This document shows positions 40,670-54,269 of a DNA stretch of 64,000 bases, one piece after another (position 1 is the first letter of the stretch; each line of letters begins with the position of its first letter). The DNA comes from Octopus vulgaris (taxonomy: Eukaryota). Made by a program: the position numbers and the translations under genes. Where the stretch lies: positions 140,430,001 through 140,494,000 of the forward strand of contig OX597816.1 of assembly GCA_951406725.2 (NCBI GenBank). The letters are read 5' to 3'. The notes beneath the pieces were generated by a model. The model was not told the DNA's origin. It saw only the letters and a program-made list of their open reading frames with translations, and made no database searches.

Positions 40670-41040
40670 TATCTTTTACTTGTTTCAGTCATTAGACTGC
40701 GGCCATGCTAAGGAACCGCCCTGAAGCTTTTTACTTGAGCGAATCAACACAAGTACTTTCTTTCGTTTTTTAACACTAGTACTTATTCTATCGATCTCTT
40801 TTATCACGAGGACGTAAGCTGACCAACACCGGTTGTCAGGTGGTGGTTGAGTACAAACACAGACACAAAGACTCACACACGCGATTGGCTTTCAGTTTCT
40901 GTCTACCAAATCCACACACAAGGCCGTAGTCGACTCAAGTCTATAGTAGAAGACACTTGCCCAATGTGTCACGCAGTAAGACTGAACCCAGAACAATGTG
41001 GTTGAGAAGCAAGCTTCTTACCACACAGCCACGCCTGCAT
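40670..41040 (-). mobile_element. SINE (same family as 48954-49370)
   Basis: Reverse complement of the SINE head, core and tail. Confidence 0.85.
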
Positions 41041-41334
41041 CTTGTTACCTTTTATTTATTTATTTATTTCATTATTCACTTTGATTCTGATTCCAGCTTA
41101 TTTTTAACTCCTTATATATTATATATCCTCCTCCAACCTACAGTCAGTGGAGTTAAAAAGCAAATAAGCTACTTTGATACTAGCCTCATATGAATTATGA
41201 AGATAGTGATGTTTGTTTAATAGAAAACGTTAACAAAGTAGATATTCACAACTTGCAATAAGCAACGTTCGCCATTATCTGTTAAGGGTTAGATACCAAA
41301 TGTATAATATGTTTATATGTTTACACATATATAC

Positions 41335-41675
41335 ACAATGGTTCCGGGTTCTCTCCTACTGCATGGCACCTTGAGCAAGTGTCTTCTACTATAGCCTCGG
41401 GTCGATCAAAGTGGATTTGGTAGACGGAAACTGAAAGAAGCCCGTCGTATATGTCTATATAAGTGTGTATGTATGTATGTATGTGTTTATGTTGTATGTG
41501 TCTTTGTGTATGCTTTTGTCCTCCCTCCCATCGCTTGACAACTGATGCTGGTGTGTTTACGTCCCCGTCACTTAGCGGTTCGGCAAAAGGCACCGATAGA
41601 ATAAGTACTGGGATAAACAAAGAATAAGTCTTGGGATCGGTTTCTTCGACTAAAAAACCCCTTTAAGGCAGTGCA
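41335..41675 (+). mobile_element. SINE
   Basis: ggttccgggttc..ggcaccttgagcaagtgtcttctactatagcc core. Confidence 0.85.
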
Positions 41676-41712
41676 CTATGGCAATATATATGTGTGTGTG
41701 TGTATGTATATG

Positions 41713-41755
<43 letters not shown>

Positions 41756-41756
41756 A

Positions 41757-41807
<51 letters not shown>

Positions 41808-41868
41808 ATATATATATATATATATACATACATACATACATACATACATACATACATACATACATACA

Positions 41869-41900
<32 letters not shown>

Positions 41901-41951
41901 CATACATACATATATATACATACATACACACACACACATACACACACATAG

Positions 41952-42376
41952 TTGTATTTCGGGATGGTCATTTTTTTTTTTTTTTTGCTAAACACACTCA
42001 CTATATATTCGTTCTTTACTTGTTTATTACTGTTCTTATTCTAGCTCATGTCCATTGTCTGGAAGTCTTTCGTTACACGTCTGTCACCCGCTCAGTGACA
42101 CTTTCCGTCTTCGTGTGTGCTCTTGCTCTGCTTATGCCATTCTCAGAGATGGATAAGCAGAATGGAATAAGCAGAGCAAGAGCACACACGAGAATGGAAT
42201 AAGCAGAGCAAGAGCACACACAAAGACGGAATGCATGCTGAGGAGGTCACAGATGTGTGACGAAAGACTTCCGGACAATGGACATGAGTTAGAATAAGAA
42301 CAGTAATAAACGAGTGAAGAACGAATATATAACGCATGTGTTTATTTGGGAAAAAAATGACCATTCCGAAATACAG
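41952..42376. repeat. Large imperfect palindrome (~190-bp arms), probably inverted Penelope-type terminal repeats
   Basis: 41952-42143 is the reverse complement of ~42190-42376; short direct repeats at the centre. Confidence 0.8.
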
Positions 42377-42611
42377 TTCTGCGCTAGGTGGGAATGCTGA
42401 GGTCCCTGTTCGAAAATATAAGGACACAGATAGAGTGTCGTATAGCCAGCTAGAAACGATTTTTCTTGGGTTTAAATCAACAGTAACATCGTCCCTTTCA
42501 GGTCAGCCACATTATGTTGGCAAATAGCCTTTACTTTAAAGAACTGTTACTCAATGTCTTTCTTTGAGATATTTAGAAATAATAATAATGATGATGATGA
42601 TGATGATGATT

Positions 42612-42661
<50 letters not shown>

Positions 42662-42712
42662 ATATAAGCAATAGTGAGTCTCTGGGCGAGGTATATTCAG
42701 TACCCACACGAC

Positions 42713-43000
42713 ATCGTGAAGTATATTTGCCACCTAAATGTGTCTCATCCTTAAGGGTTGATGCAACTGTTGCTTGTAGCCCCAGGTAGACATCTCCTCC
42801 AGCTGGCTATTGACATACTATCTGTGCCCAATCAGTATTTGCAAAGAGAAACAATCGTTCCCATGACTTCTCTTTGCGAATACTGATAGGGCACAGATAG
42901 TGTATCAATAGCCAGCTGGAGGAGATGTCTTCCTAGAGCTACAAGCAACAGTAGCATCAACCCTTCATATTAGCTACATTTAGGTGGCAAATATACTTCA

Positions 43001-43004
<4 letters not shown>
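42713..43004. mobile_element. Hairpin MITE (~135-bp arms, ~18-nt loop)
   Basis: atcgtgaagtatatttgccacctaaatgt ... acatttaggtggcaaatatacttcacgat; an older related half-copy lies at ~42410-42530. Confidence 0.85.
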
Positions 43005-43055
<51 letters not shown>

Positions 43056-43531
43056 ATTGTTCAATTTTATTTCAAGATCTCTTACCAACCGAGAAAAAGC
43101 TGGTTTCGAACCTAGATTCAAGGCTCCTTCATTGGAATTTCAACATCAACAACAGGATATTTTTGTTTGTATGTATGTATAAGTGCAGATTTGTATGTTT
43201 TATTCTATGTATGTATTCTCATGCATATAGTTGCATATCTAGACATGCTCATGTATATTTAAATGATAAACTTATGGTGAGTTTTACAGATTCTTACAGT
43301 TCCCGTGATGGATTGGATTTGTAGTCTTTACTGAAGAAGCTGAGCCTATTATGCCAGTCCAGAAACCGGTCCACGTGAGTCCAAATACTTAAATGTATGC
43401 TGAGAGATTGTCTTAGTTCGTCTACCTTCGGCCGGTTGATTTCTGTAGTTATTATCAGCGTATTTTGGCAATTTAAATAAGAGTTTTGACTGTTATTTCC
43501 AGCAGGTAGACATTCCTAGTATGTCCTTTGA

Positions 43532-43590
<59 letters not shown>

Positions 43591-43734
43591 TGTATGTATG
43601 TATGTATGTATGTATGTATGTATGTATGTATCTATGTATCTATGTATGTATCTATGTATGAAAATGTATGTACTACGTGTTGATATAATGTTAATAAGAG
43701 TATAACTTCAATATACAATACAAAATTGAAAAAT

Positions 43735-44360
43735 AATAAATCAGACAAAAATCTCATATGATGTGAGAAAAAAAATCAGATGTCATACATCAAGTTGCTA
43801 AGTAAAATATTTCGCATTTCTTTTGGTTATTTTCTTTAAAATGTTTTTTTAATGTTTAAGAAAAGGAACCTTTGTTTCGATTTTCTTTTTAAACACGATC
43901 ACGTGTTTCGCAAGTGGTTTGACATAGAAATAAATATGGGAAAGCATCAAAGAAAGACCATTGTCTGGATTTCTATAAGATCTCCCAAGTGTGCTTGTCT
44001 TCCTGAGTCCCCACTCCTCTCCCTGAAAAAGGAATAACAATCAAGTTCATGATAAAAAATATGATTTCGTTCAAATGTCTTCTGGTTTACGAAGTTTGTA
44101 AACTTTAGAACCGTCCGAGCATCGAGAATAAGAAAAGCATTGTTGGCATTAGCACAGACAGCTGCACGCCCGCCATATTAAATTTTAAAATGGCTACCGA
44201 AAACACGTAATTTAAACTATCTTGGCTTCTCCTCAATCTATAAAATTAAATAAACTAATGCTGTTTTTATGAATCAAGGAATCCAAATAAAGGCTTCAAA
44301 ATAATGCTCAGAATTTTAGAAAAGTAACGACGGTAATTGAAAACTATTGTCTATATATTC
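43735..44360 (+). promoter_or_regulatory. E-box module family member with extended downstream homology to the 48.6-kb copy
   Basis: ATGTGAGAAAA at 43761, catttcttttggtt, GATCACGTGTTTCGCAA (CACGTG at 43900), ctcctctccctgaaaaaggaataa. Confidence 0.4.
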
Positions 44361-45781
44361 TTTTATATAACTATTTCTTGCTGAGTCTGCCTGATGGTTA
44401 TGTTGTAGTTGTTCCTTAGAAATCGTCACTACAGTATGATTCAAGGAATATATCATTCCAATGATCCAGCAACAGGAGCAGTCACCAACAAACCTGATGA
44501 CAGATCCATTTATGTGTATGCAAACACGAGTTAAATCTGTGACGTTTTTTGATGTTTGTTCAGTTTCAGAATATATTTCATTTACTTCTAATTCTTATCG
44601 TTTCTTTAGAGAGATAGATGTAAAACTAAATATTTGGATGTTAGCTTGTCTTAATACACAATATACTGGTCAACTTTTCTTTTTCTCACTTTATTCATGC
44701 TATAACTTCCGTCTGCTTCTCACAGTTTCTCCAGCATCGTCTTTTGTGTAGCAAGGATTCCGATTTTATCTCAAAATCGAAAAAAATGTACCAATTCTTC
44801 CTCATACAATGTTGCTCTGAATCAACAATCAACGACACGGTCTTCTGAGTCCATGTCTCTGACAAAGCTCCAGCAATTTTTCTTCAATGCAGCCCCACGA
44901 AGTTCAAATAGCCCTTTTCTAACACCTGTCCTCCGTCAGCTTGGCCTCTAACATATACTGCCGTCCTCTCCTTCAAAGTAGGACAAAACTTTTCATCAAC
45001 TTACGTCTCGATATCTTCAAATAATACACTAAATTACTTTAAATACTACATTGTCCCTTCATCTACAACAGTATACTCATATCCGGCCCCCAAGCCTAAT
45101 TCCAAGTCACTGACGGTAATTCCTTGCATTAAGCATATTTTCTATATGTGAATGAATCTATAGATCTCTGTACAGCAACGTAACCAGCCATCGTTTAGGT
45201 GTTCGCTTTAATAAGCACTTCCTCGCGCTTCATGATAACACTCAATGAACCGCAGCTAGATATTTCAATTCATCATACTACTCTGTGGACCTCTTGATTT
45301 GTAAAGCCATCTTATACCATAGCTCTCTGTACAGCTACAAGCTTTAAGAAAAGCACTTCATCTTTACACCAGGTACTTACTCGCCCACCTTGTATTCTCC
45401 GAACCGTCTTCCTCGTCTTTAGCATGTTCACAGTTTGACAATACCTATATGTATTTCTCACTCATTCTCCTTTTAACTCTCTCCTTCTGGTCTGCCTGCT
45501 TCTCTCTCTCTCTCTTTCTCTCCCACTCTCTCTCTCTCTCTCTTTCTCTCTCCCTATCTCTCTCCCTCTCTCTCTCTTTCTCTCTCTCATTAAATTTCAA
45601 AATTTTCATCTTTCTTTACTGATTCTTATTGAATACCGATAATCTTATTGAACTTTACACACTACCCTATCATATCCTCAAATTCATTAGTTCTTACTTC
45701 GTACGCTGATACGTAACCTCTAGCATTCTTACTCTCCTTTATTTTCTTCCTCTTTCCAAATTTTCACTATTTTCCTTCCAT

Positions 45782-46150
45782 AGGCGCAAACGTTACTTTG
45801 TGGTAAGACGCTTGCTTTTCAACCACATCGTTCCAGGTTCAGTCTCACTACGTGACACCTTAGGCAAGTGTCTTCTACTATAGCCACGAGACAACCAAAT
45901 CCTTGTGGGTGGATTTAGTGGACGAAAACTAAAAGCCCGTCGTGTGTGTGTGTGTGTGTGTTGTGTGTGTGTGTGTGTGTGTGTACCCGTAATCTAGCGG
46001 TTCGGCAAACAAGAGTGTCAGTTTTTTCTAAATACCAGGCTTTAAAAGAAGAAAAACAAGTACTGGAGTTGATTCACTCGACTGGAAATTTTTCAAGGCG
46101 GAGCCCCCAGCATGGCCGCAGTCTAATGACTGAATCAAGTAAAAGATAAA
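45782..46150 (+). mobile_element. SINE
   Basis: Diverged copy of 48954-49370. Confidence 0.8.
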
Positions 46151-46154
46151 AGCT

Positions 46155-46236
<82 letters not shown>

Positions 46237-46837
46237 GTGTCTCTCTCTATTTCTCTCTCTCTCTCACTCTCTAACAAATATAGTTATTCGATACCGTTAT
46301 ATAATTGTGAGTGTGTGTGTGTGTGTATTCATTATTAGTGGCAGAAGCAATATTAGTTCAAAATATCTTACTTAAGATATACATTCTGTATATCTTACCC
46401 AGGCCCGTCGCCAGACTTCGGTGCCTGGGCACTAATTAGTAATATTGCTAAAGTGGAGTTCCGGAATAAGTTTATCACTGTAAATCTGAGGGTGCACCAC
46501 TGAATAGTGGTGGGGGAGGGACCCCTTAATGATGGGACATGGATATTCCGTAGAAATCTTGGAAATTACGGCATTCGTTTCGAGAAAGCATCACATAAAG
46601 ACGAATCGTACAAAAAAACGCAAAAGTATGATATATCAATAGCGGACGGAAGGCGTCGGGAAACTGCGGTAGAATTACTAAACTTAGCAAAGCAGAAATC
46701 TAAATTTATCTAATTCCATCGCCACTATTGGACGCTTCTCGTCTACTTCTAATATACTTCTGCGCTTCTTAGCCCTGTACGTCGATGCAAGATGCTTTTC
46801 TCGAGACGAATACCGCAGTTTTCTGTCCTTCTATAGT

Positions 46838-47210
<373 letters not shown>

Positions 47211-47214
47211 TGTC

Positions 47215-48015
47215 CCATCATTAAGTGGAAGGACCGCATCAGTGATCTTGAAATATTGGAAGGCTCTCGGTGTGAAAGTATAGAAGCTCTTGTGTTAAAA
47301 CAAAGGCTCAGATGGAGTGGTCATCTGGTCAGGATGAAGGATTCAAGGATGCCAAAACAACTCTTTTATGGAGAGTGTACTAAAGGAGAACGACCTCCAC
47401 ATAAACCAAAAAAGAGGTATAAGGACTTGCTGAAGGCTTCCTTAAGAGATGCTTGCATCTCTCCTGACACATGGGAATGCATAGCTATTGATCGTAGCGG
47501 GTGGAGAAGGATTGTGCATGAGGGGACAGCCACGTTTGAGAAATCTCGAGTTGCACATGAGAAAGTAAGGAGGGATGTCAGGAAGGGCATCGCTGTTACA
47601 CTTCCAGAAGGGAAGGATCTTCCTTTGATTCTGACATGCAATGTCTGTGCAAGATCCTGCCTCAGTAAAGCTGGACTCATGAGTCATCTTCGTAGTCATA
47701 AAACGAGACAGATGAGTGACAACCTGGCCACTGGTGGTGGTGTAACATACCATACTAATCATATCTGTCGGGCATGTGGAAGAGAGTGTAATTCGGCAGG
47801 AGGACTTAAACGACATGCAAAGGTACATGAAGCCCAGTTACAACTACAGCCGACTATTACCGGTAAAGGTTTTAGTTACCAATTCTGTACAAGACATTGT
47901 AGATCTTTAACTGGGCTAAAAAGTCACATTCGATCACAGCACCAGTAACAGTTAAGCTTCGTGCAATGGCCATACTCGATAACGAGGGGGAAGCCATAAT
48001 GTATGTATGTATGTT
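47215..48015 (+). mobile_element. RTE-clade LINE 3' fragment; open frame 47256-47948 with three C2H2-type fingers; (TATG)n tail
   Basis: LRWSGHLVRM.DSRMPKQLFYGE..PKKRYKD..WE..A.DR.GWR is the RTE C-terminal signature. Confidence 0.88.
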
Positions 48016-48049
48016 TCGAAGCATGTATGCATGTATGTATGTATGTTTC

Positions 48050-48440
48050 GAAGCATGGTTGTGTCAGTAAAAAGCTTACTTCTTAACCATATGGTCTTGG
48101 GTTCAGTCCTACTGTGCATCTCCTTGGACAAGTGTCTTCTACTATTGCCACAGTGTGACCAAAGCCTTATGAGTGGATTTGGTTGACGGAAACTAAAAAA
48201 GCTCGTCATGTGTGTGTGTGTGTGTGTCTTTGTGTTTATGCTGTCTTTGTCCCCTATTACCTCCTGACAACCGTCGTTTCTTTGTTTACGCCCCCTATGA
48301 CTTAGCGGTTCAGCATAAGACACTGATAGAATAAGTACCAAACTTTAAAAGGTAAGTACTGCGGTCGATCTGTTCGACTAACCCCTTCAAGATGGTGCTC
48401 GAGCATGACCGCAGTCCAATAACTAAAACAAATAAATAAA
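48050..48440 (+). mobile_element. SINE
   Basis: Diverged copy of 48954-49370. Confidence 0.8.
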
Positions 48441-48549
48441 AAAAAGATTGTTTTTTTTTGCTAATAATATTATATGCGTGTGAGTGGGTTGAGACGGAGT
48501 AGTATTCTGGAATTTGGGTCATTATACCTTTGTATTCAACACTTAAGAA

Positions 48550-48665
48550 TTAGAAAATACATCAGACGAAAATCAAAAGCAGCGTGAGAAAAAAAAAAGA
48601 AAAGACAAAAATCAAGTTGACTCGTCAAATATTTTATATTCGTCTTGGTTATTTGCTGAGAACGT

Positions 48666-48696
<31 letters not shown>

Positions 48697-48950
48697 CTTG
48701 AATGCGATCACGTGTTTTTACATACTTCAACGGAAAAGGCAGTTTGCATTTGGTAACGAAATAAATAACGAATAAATAAATAAATTATAAACGAAGAAGA
48801 AATTGAAAGTCAGAGCCTGGTTTCCAGTACGACCCAGCAACTGCACCTATCTTTCCCGATCCTCCTCTCCTCTCACTGAAAAAAAGAATAATAGTTAGGT
48901 TCTCTGTGTTAACAAAAATAATTTCGCGCAAATCTTTTAGAAATAAGCAA
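48550..48950 (+). promoter_or_regulatory. E-box module family member (homology resumes at 49372-49640 after a SINE insertion)
   Basis: GCGTGAGAAAA at 48582, aaatcaagttgactcgt, GATCACGTGTTT (CACGTG at 48709). Confidence 0.4.
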
Positions 48951-48953
48951 ACG

Positions 48954-49370
48954 TATAGGCGTAGGAGTGGCTGTGTGGTAAGTAGCTTGCTTACCAACCA
49001 CATGGTTCCGGGTTCAGTCCCACTGCGTGGCACCTTAGGCAAGTGTTTTCTACTATAGCCTCGGGCCGACCAAAGCCTTGTGAGTGGATTTGGTAGACGG
49101 AAACTGAAAGAAGCCTGTCGTATATATGTATATATATATATGTGTGTGTGTGTGTTTGTGTGTCTGTGTTTGTCCCCCCAACATCGCTTGACAACCGATG
49201 CTGGTATGTTTACGTCCCCGTAACTTAACAGTTCGGCAAAAGAGACCGATAGAAAAAGTACTAGGCTTACAAAGAATAAGTCCTGGGGTCTGTTTGCTCG
49301 ACTAAAGGCGGTGCTCCAGCATGGCCACAGTCAAATGACTGAAACAAGTAAAAGAGTAAAAGAGAGAGTA
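48954..49370 (+). mobile_element. Full-length tRNA-derived SINE
   Basis: A/B-box-like head (gtggctgtgtggtaag..ggttcagtccc), core, internal (TA)(TG) tract, tail ggcggtgctccagcatggccacagtcaaatgactgaaac; many copies in the window. Confidence 0.9.
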
Positions 49371-49799
49371 AACTTGTACATTTTTAGAACAATCAGAGAA
49401 TGTAGAATCTGAAAATCAATCCCAGCATTATCATAGACAACTACATAGCAGCCATTTTGGAATGTCAAAATAGCTACCTTAAAATACATAGTGCTATCTC
49501 CGCTTCTAGAAAATTTAGAAACTTCAGTATGCTAATTCTATGAAGTCTTAATCAAAGGATCCAGTAAAAGCCTCAAAATAAGGACTCTTGTTTATAGATA
49601 AATAACAAAGCTAATGAAAATCATTGTCCTTATATTTGTTGCATTATATATATTGCAAGTCCTTTGAATTTATAGGTGTGGGTTCTTAAAACAAAAAAGC
49701 AACCGTGTTAGCTATCTGATGTAGATATTACAATAGATCTATTAGGTGTATATCTTTCAGAAATAGTACTTTTTATTGACCTTCATCATTACTGTTAAT

Positions 49800-50650
49800 G
49801 CCCTTTTTCCGCACTACACTCCGTGGTATTTTCACTGTTACTTCCATATTAACGAAGATCTGTACAAACTAAGTTGTGTCAATTGCATGAACACCTCTGG
49901 GTTGTGCTATTAGCTCTATACAGGTATATATGACCAACTCAACCCTGATTTACAATGCGGATGGAACCTTTGTGTTGGCAGTTAGTATCTAACCATGATC
50001 ATTCTGTTAAAAGCCATATTTTAATGAGTTGAACGGACATTGTCAACTCACAGTGTCTTGACACCAAACTCTACTTTGTATGTGGACACGTTCAACATAC
50101 TTCTCCAAGGAACCAACTGAAGGAGACAATTTGCTGCATTCTACTATGTTTGCCAAACAGATCCCACCTTAGGTCAAGAATGATTTTTGTATGGCTAATC
50201 TTTGAGCTGTACATTAAGTATACAAAGCTGACCTCTGCATCCTTCAGCTTTTGTGCGAGGCCTAAGCTCTGTGTCAGTTTCATCACTGCTGAGGCAATGT
50301 TCTGGTCTAACTTATGTACAGCTAAAACAATTTGGTTTCGCCTACTGCAGAGAATCTTCTAACATTACTCAGTTAATGCGTAGAAAATCACTAACACTGC
50401 TGCATTGTCTCACAGCCAGCGCACTGTAGATTGGCTCAGTCTTCAGACTGGCATACATCACGGTGTGTTTTGCTGAACACGTCGTAGTATGCGACAGCCA
50501 GAAGCATGACACCTGTATCTGAAGTGAAGAAGACCATCCGTGCGTTGGAAAAGCACTGTCATGCAACTGCTGCTAAACAGATCATCAAAGTATCAGCTTC
50601 CTCTTCAAACTGCTTATTGTGGATGCTTTGTGAGTAGCCTAATGCTGATG
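49800..50650 (-). mobile_element. Academ-like DNA transposon remnant (XPG-like nuclease plus Cys-rich C terminus)
   Basis: Minus-strand fragments EEEADTLMI, TSDTGV, LDLRWDLFGK, RVHIQSRVWCQD and RCSC..HNLVCTDL; heavily degraded. Confidence 0.6.
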
Positions 50651-50734
50651 TGATCACTAACTCTTGGTAGTTTCTGTTAGTTCTTTGAGTATTGCTGGTG
50701 CAAAAAACTCCGTTAAGGTGAAAAGCCGTTTTGA

Positions 50735-50805
<71 letters not shown>

Positions 50806-51564
50806 ACTGTAAACTGGCATAAAATGTAATATTTTTAAATAAGCCAAAAAATATTTTTGTAATGGTATTCACTTGAAAATAATTTCTAAAAAATTAAAAT
50901 ATTGTCTGTTTAAAGAAAGCTAAAATATAAATACTGTAAAAATAACTTGTATTTTTGAAATCACATACACTTAAAAATATTTTTCAAATGATTAAAATAT
51001 TGTGTTTAATAGAAACATTTACTGTAAAAACAACTCGTATGTTTTCGTTGGCAAGTTAAAATCACTAAAACTTTCGCCCAGGTCGTGAAGTTTGCCTTCA
51101 AAATACAGAAGGCATTGATCATAATGTCTGTAATCGAAACGTTAGAATCTCTTCCCTTTCAGGGTTATGTTATTTTCGGAGTATTTTCTCATTATGCACC
51201 GTTTTGAGTACTTATAAATACCCTAAAAAAACCATATCTCAGGAATCCGTGGTCCAATTTATACGAAACTTGTTTTATTCCGTTTGTATTCACACTTCAG
51301 AGGTCCCTTAATTCACAGTATTTTCCCATTATGTGCCAGTATAGCTGTATTAAATGATAGACAAGAAAGCAATCAGAAAAGTTGAGTAGTATATAGATTG
51401 GCTTGATTCTAACTTTAGCACAGGTATAAATAAAAGACTCTTGTAACAGAATAATCCTTCTTTCCTCGGCAATATCAGAGATGTAACATCCTTCTTATTC
51501 TGTCTTTACAAATATAGCATCTCCCTCTCTCAAAATACCCTCTCTCACTTTCTCTCTTTCTTGT

Positions 51565-51637
<73 letters not shown>

Positions 51638-51939
51638 TGCCTCCATCGGCCACTAGAAAACTATTAACTTGTTATCGAAGACAAATCTCGACTGAGCCTT
51701 AATTCACTGTTACTATCTTCCCAGACAACTAATAGTACGCCTTCTACAACAACAATAACAACAACAACAATAACAACAACAACAATCAGCGATTCTCTAA
51801 CAGACCAATTCATCGCAGTTGTAATAATTCATAACTGTTAATTAAATGCTATGTTAAATACGAACTATGCCTTCCGTCAATTTATTTCAAGAATCCTGAA
51901 ATTACTATGTCGTCATTCGCTACCCACCTTCAAACTTAT

Positions 51940-52175
51940 TACCTATTTCTTTATTGCCCACAAGGGGCTAAACACAGAGGGGACAAACAAGGACAGACAT
52001 AGGTATTAAGTCGATTACATCGACCCCAGTGCGTAACTGGTACTTAATTAATCGACCCCGAAAAGATGAAAGGAAAAGTCGACCTCGGCGGAATTTGAAC
52101 TCAGAACGTAACGGCAGAGGAAATACGGCTAAGCATTTCGCCCGGCGTGCTAACGTTTCTGCCAGCTCTCCGCCT
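51940..52175 (-). mobile_element. SINE (same family as 3466-3690)
   Basis: Reverse complement of the intron-1 SINE. Confidence 0.88.
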
Positions 52176-52369
52176 ACCTCCACCAAACTTATTACCAATG
52201 TATATTATCAATTACACGGTTACAATTGGTTACAAAATGCTTTATCTCTTAAGTTCAAATTGCAGCGTGGTCGAAGCCAAGAATTTAGTGTGAAATTCAT
52301 GAGAAATGTCAGTTATCTGTACTTCCTCAATTAGAAATAGAAAATAGCGCGGGGTTTATTAATATTCAA

Positions 52370-52690
52370 CGGATAAGCACGTGTTCGGTCATGTGATGAC
52401 AATATTTTTGAAGTCACACACTAACTCACAAGATATAGAAAAGCTAACTTGTAAAGTAAGATAAATCAAAAATCAAAAAAAAAAAAAAGAATATATAAAT
52501 CATACAAAAGACAGTGAGATATTGAGAAAGAAAAAAAGTTGAATATCAACTGTTAACTCATAAAATGATTTCTTTTGGCTGATAGCTATAATTTTAAAGA
52601 AAAGAACTATTGTTTTCTTTGCATGTTTTGTTTTCCTATGCCTGTTCACGTGATTCACAAGGAATAACGGAAAATATGTAAAAATGTTTT
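52370..52690 (+). promoter_or_regulatory. E-box module family member
   Basis: gCACGTGttcggTCATGTGAtgaca at 52377-52401, atttcttttggctgata, AAGAACTATTGTTTT, TTCACGTGATTCACAA (CACGTG at 52647). Confidence 0.4.
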
Positions 52691-53060
52691 TTACATATAA
52701 CGGTGAGATGGTAGCAGGTCCCGCTCAAGGCGCCGGCAACTCGAGCAGTCACCCGGGGTACCATGTGCAAGGAAGGAGTGACAAAGAAAATTCCCACGAC
52801 ATTCAGCTTCTACAAGCCGAAGTTCAGCCTGCCCGGGGCGTCAGCAACTCTAAGGCCGGAGCTAAATGGTCGGGTTCAAATACTTTGGAGGTCAGCTTTG
52901 CTTTTTATCTTTTCGGATTTGATTCAGTTTAATCAACTGCCGATCTGTGCCAACAGGAAGTGAATGGATTTATATTGTGTAATAGAAACCAAAAATCTTC
53001 GGCCAACCGCTGAGGCACGTGATCTGAATACGCTGCTGTCGTGTCAATATTATCTAACTG

Positions 53061-54075
53061 CAAGGCAGCGAGCTGGCAGAATCGTTAGCACGCCGGGAAA
53101 AATGCTTTCGTCTGCCGTTATATTCTGAGTTCAAATTCCGCCGAGGTCGACTTTGCCTTTCATCCTTTCGGAGTCGATAAATTAAGTACCAGTTACACAC
53201 TGGGGTCGATATAATCGACTTAATACGTCTGTCTGTTCTTGTTTGTCCTCTCTGTGTTTAGCCCCTTGTGGGTAGTAAAGAAATAGAAATAGGTATTTCT
53301 TCTGCCATTACGTTCTGAGTTCAAATTCCGCCGAGGTCGACTTTGCCTTTCATCGTTTCGGGGTCGATAAATTAAATACCAGTTACACACTGGGGTCGAT
53401 ATAATCGACTTAATCCGTTTGTCTGTCTTTATTTGTCCTTTCTGTGTTTAGCCCCTTGTGGGCAATAAAGAATTTAAACGTTCTGCGTTTAAATTCCACC
53501 GAGGTAAGCTGTGCCTTTCATCCTTTCAGGTTCGATAAATTAAGTATCAGTTGAGCACAGAGATCGATATAACCGACTTAACCTCTTACCGAAATTGCTG
53601 ACCTTGTGTCAAATTTTAAAACTATTATTAAGGTGGCGAAGTGGCAGAATCATTAGCATGTCGGGCAAGATGTTTAGCGGCATTTCGTTCGTCTTTACAT
53701 TCTGAGTTCAAATTCCGACAAGGTTGACTTTGCCTTTCATCCTTTCAGAGTCGATAAAATAAGTACCCGTCGAGCACTGGGGTCGATGTAGACTATCCCG
53801 TTCCACCAAATGTTAGGCCTTGTGCCCTTGGTAGAAAAGATTATTATTAATATTAAGGTGGTGAGCTGGTAGAATCGTTAGCACTTCGGGCAAAACGCTT
53901 TGTCGGAATTCCGTCTGTCTTTACTTTCTGAGTCCAAATTCCACCGCTGTTAACTGTTCTTTTCATCCTTTAGGAGTCGAGAAAATAAGTACCAGTTGAT
54001 CATTGGGGTCAATGTAATCGATTTACATCCCATCCCCGAAATTGTTGGCTTTTTGCCAAAATGTGAAACCAATAT
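53061..54075 (+). mobile_element. Head-to-tail cluster of about five SINE copies
   Basis: Repeated ttctgagttcaaattccgccgaggtcgactttgcctttcatcc core. Confidence 0.88.
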
Positions 54076-54269
54076 TATCTATTTGTAACACCCTATATCA
54101 ACGGTTCTTAATCAGGGCGGCAGCACCCACTAGGGCGTTGTGAGCTCAAAATGGAGAAGCAAATGCCAAGAGAGCCACAAAGGAGTGGGTGCTGACTATT
54201 TAGAGACTATTTATTTCTCAGAAGCAAAATGAAATAAAATATCAAACCATCTACAATTCTTTTATTCCG

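Noticed and set aside
43095-43140. Third hammerhead candidate (minus strand aatgaaggagccttgaatctaggttcgaaacc)
   Set aside because: The core lacks CUGANGA and the stems are weak; at most a decayed repeat terminus.
47256-47948. Host C2H2 zinc-finger gene
   Set aside because: Preceded in frame by the RTE C-terminal signature, lacks TGEKP linkers and is followed by a simple-repeat tail.
48954-49030. tRNA gene
   Set aside because: tRNA-like head of a multicopy SINE; no convincing cloverleaf.
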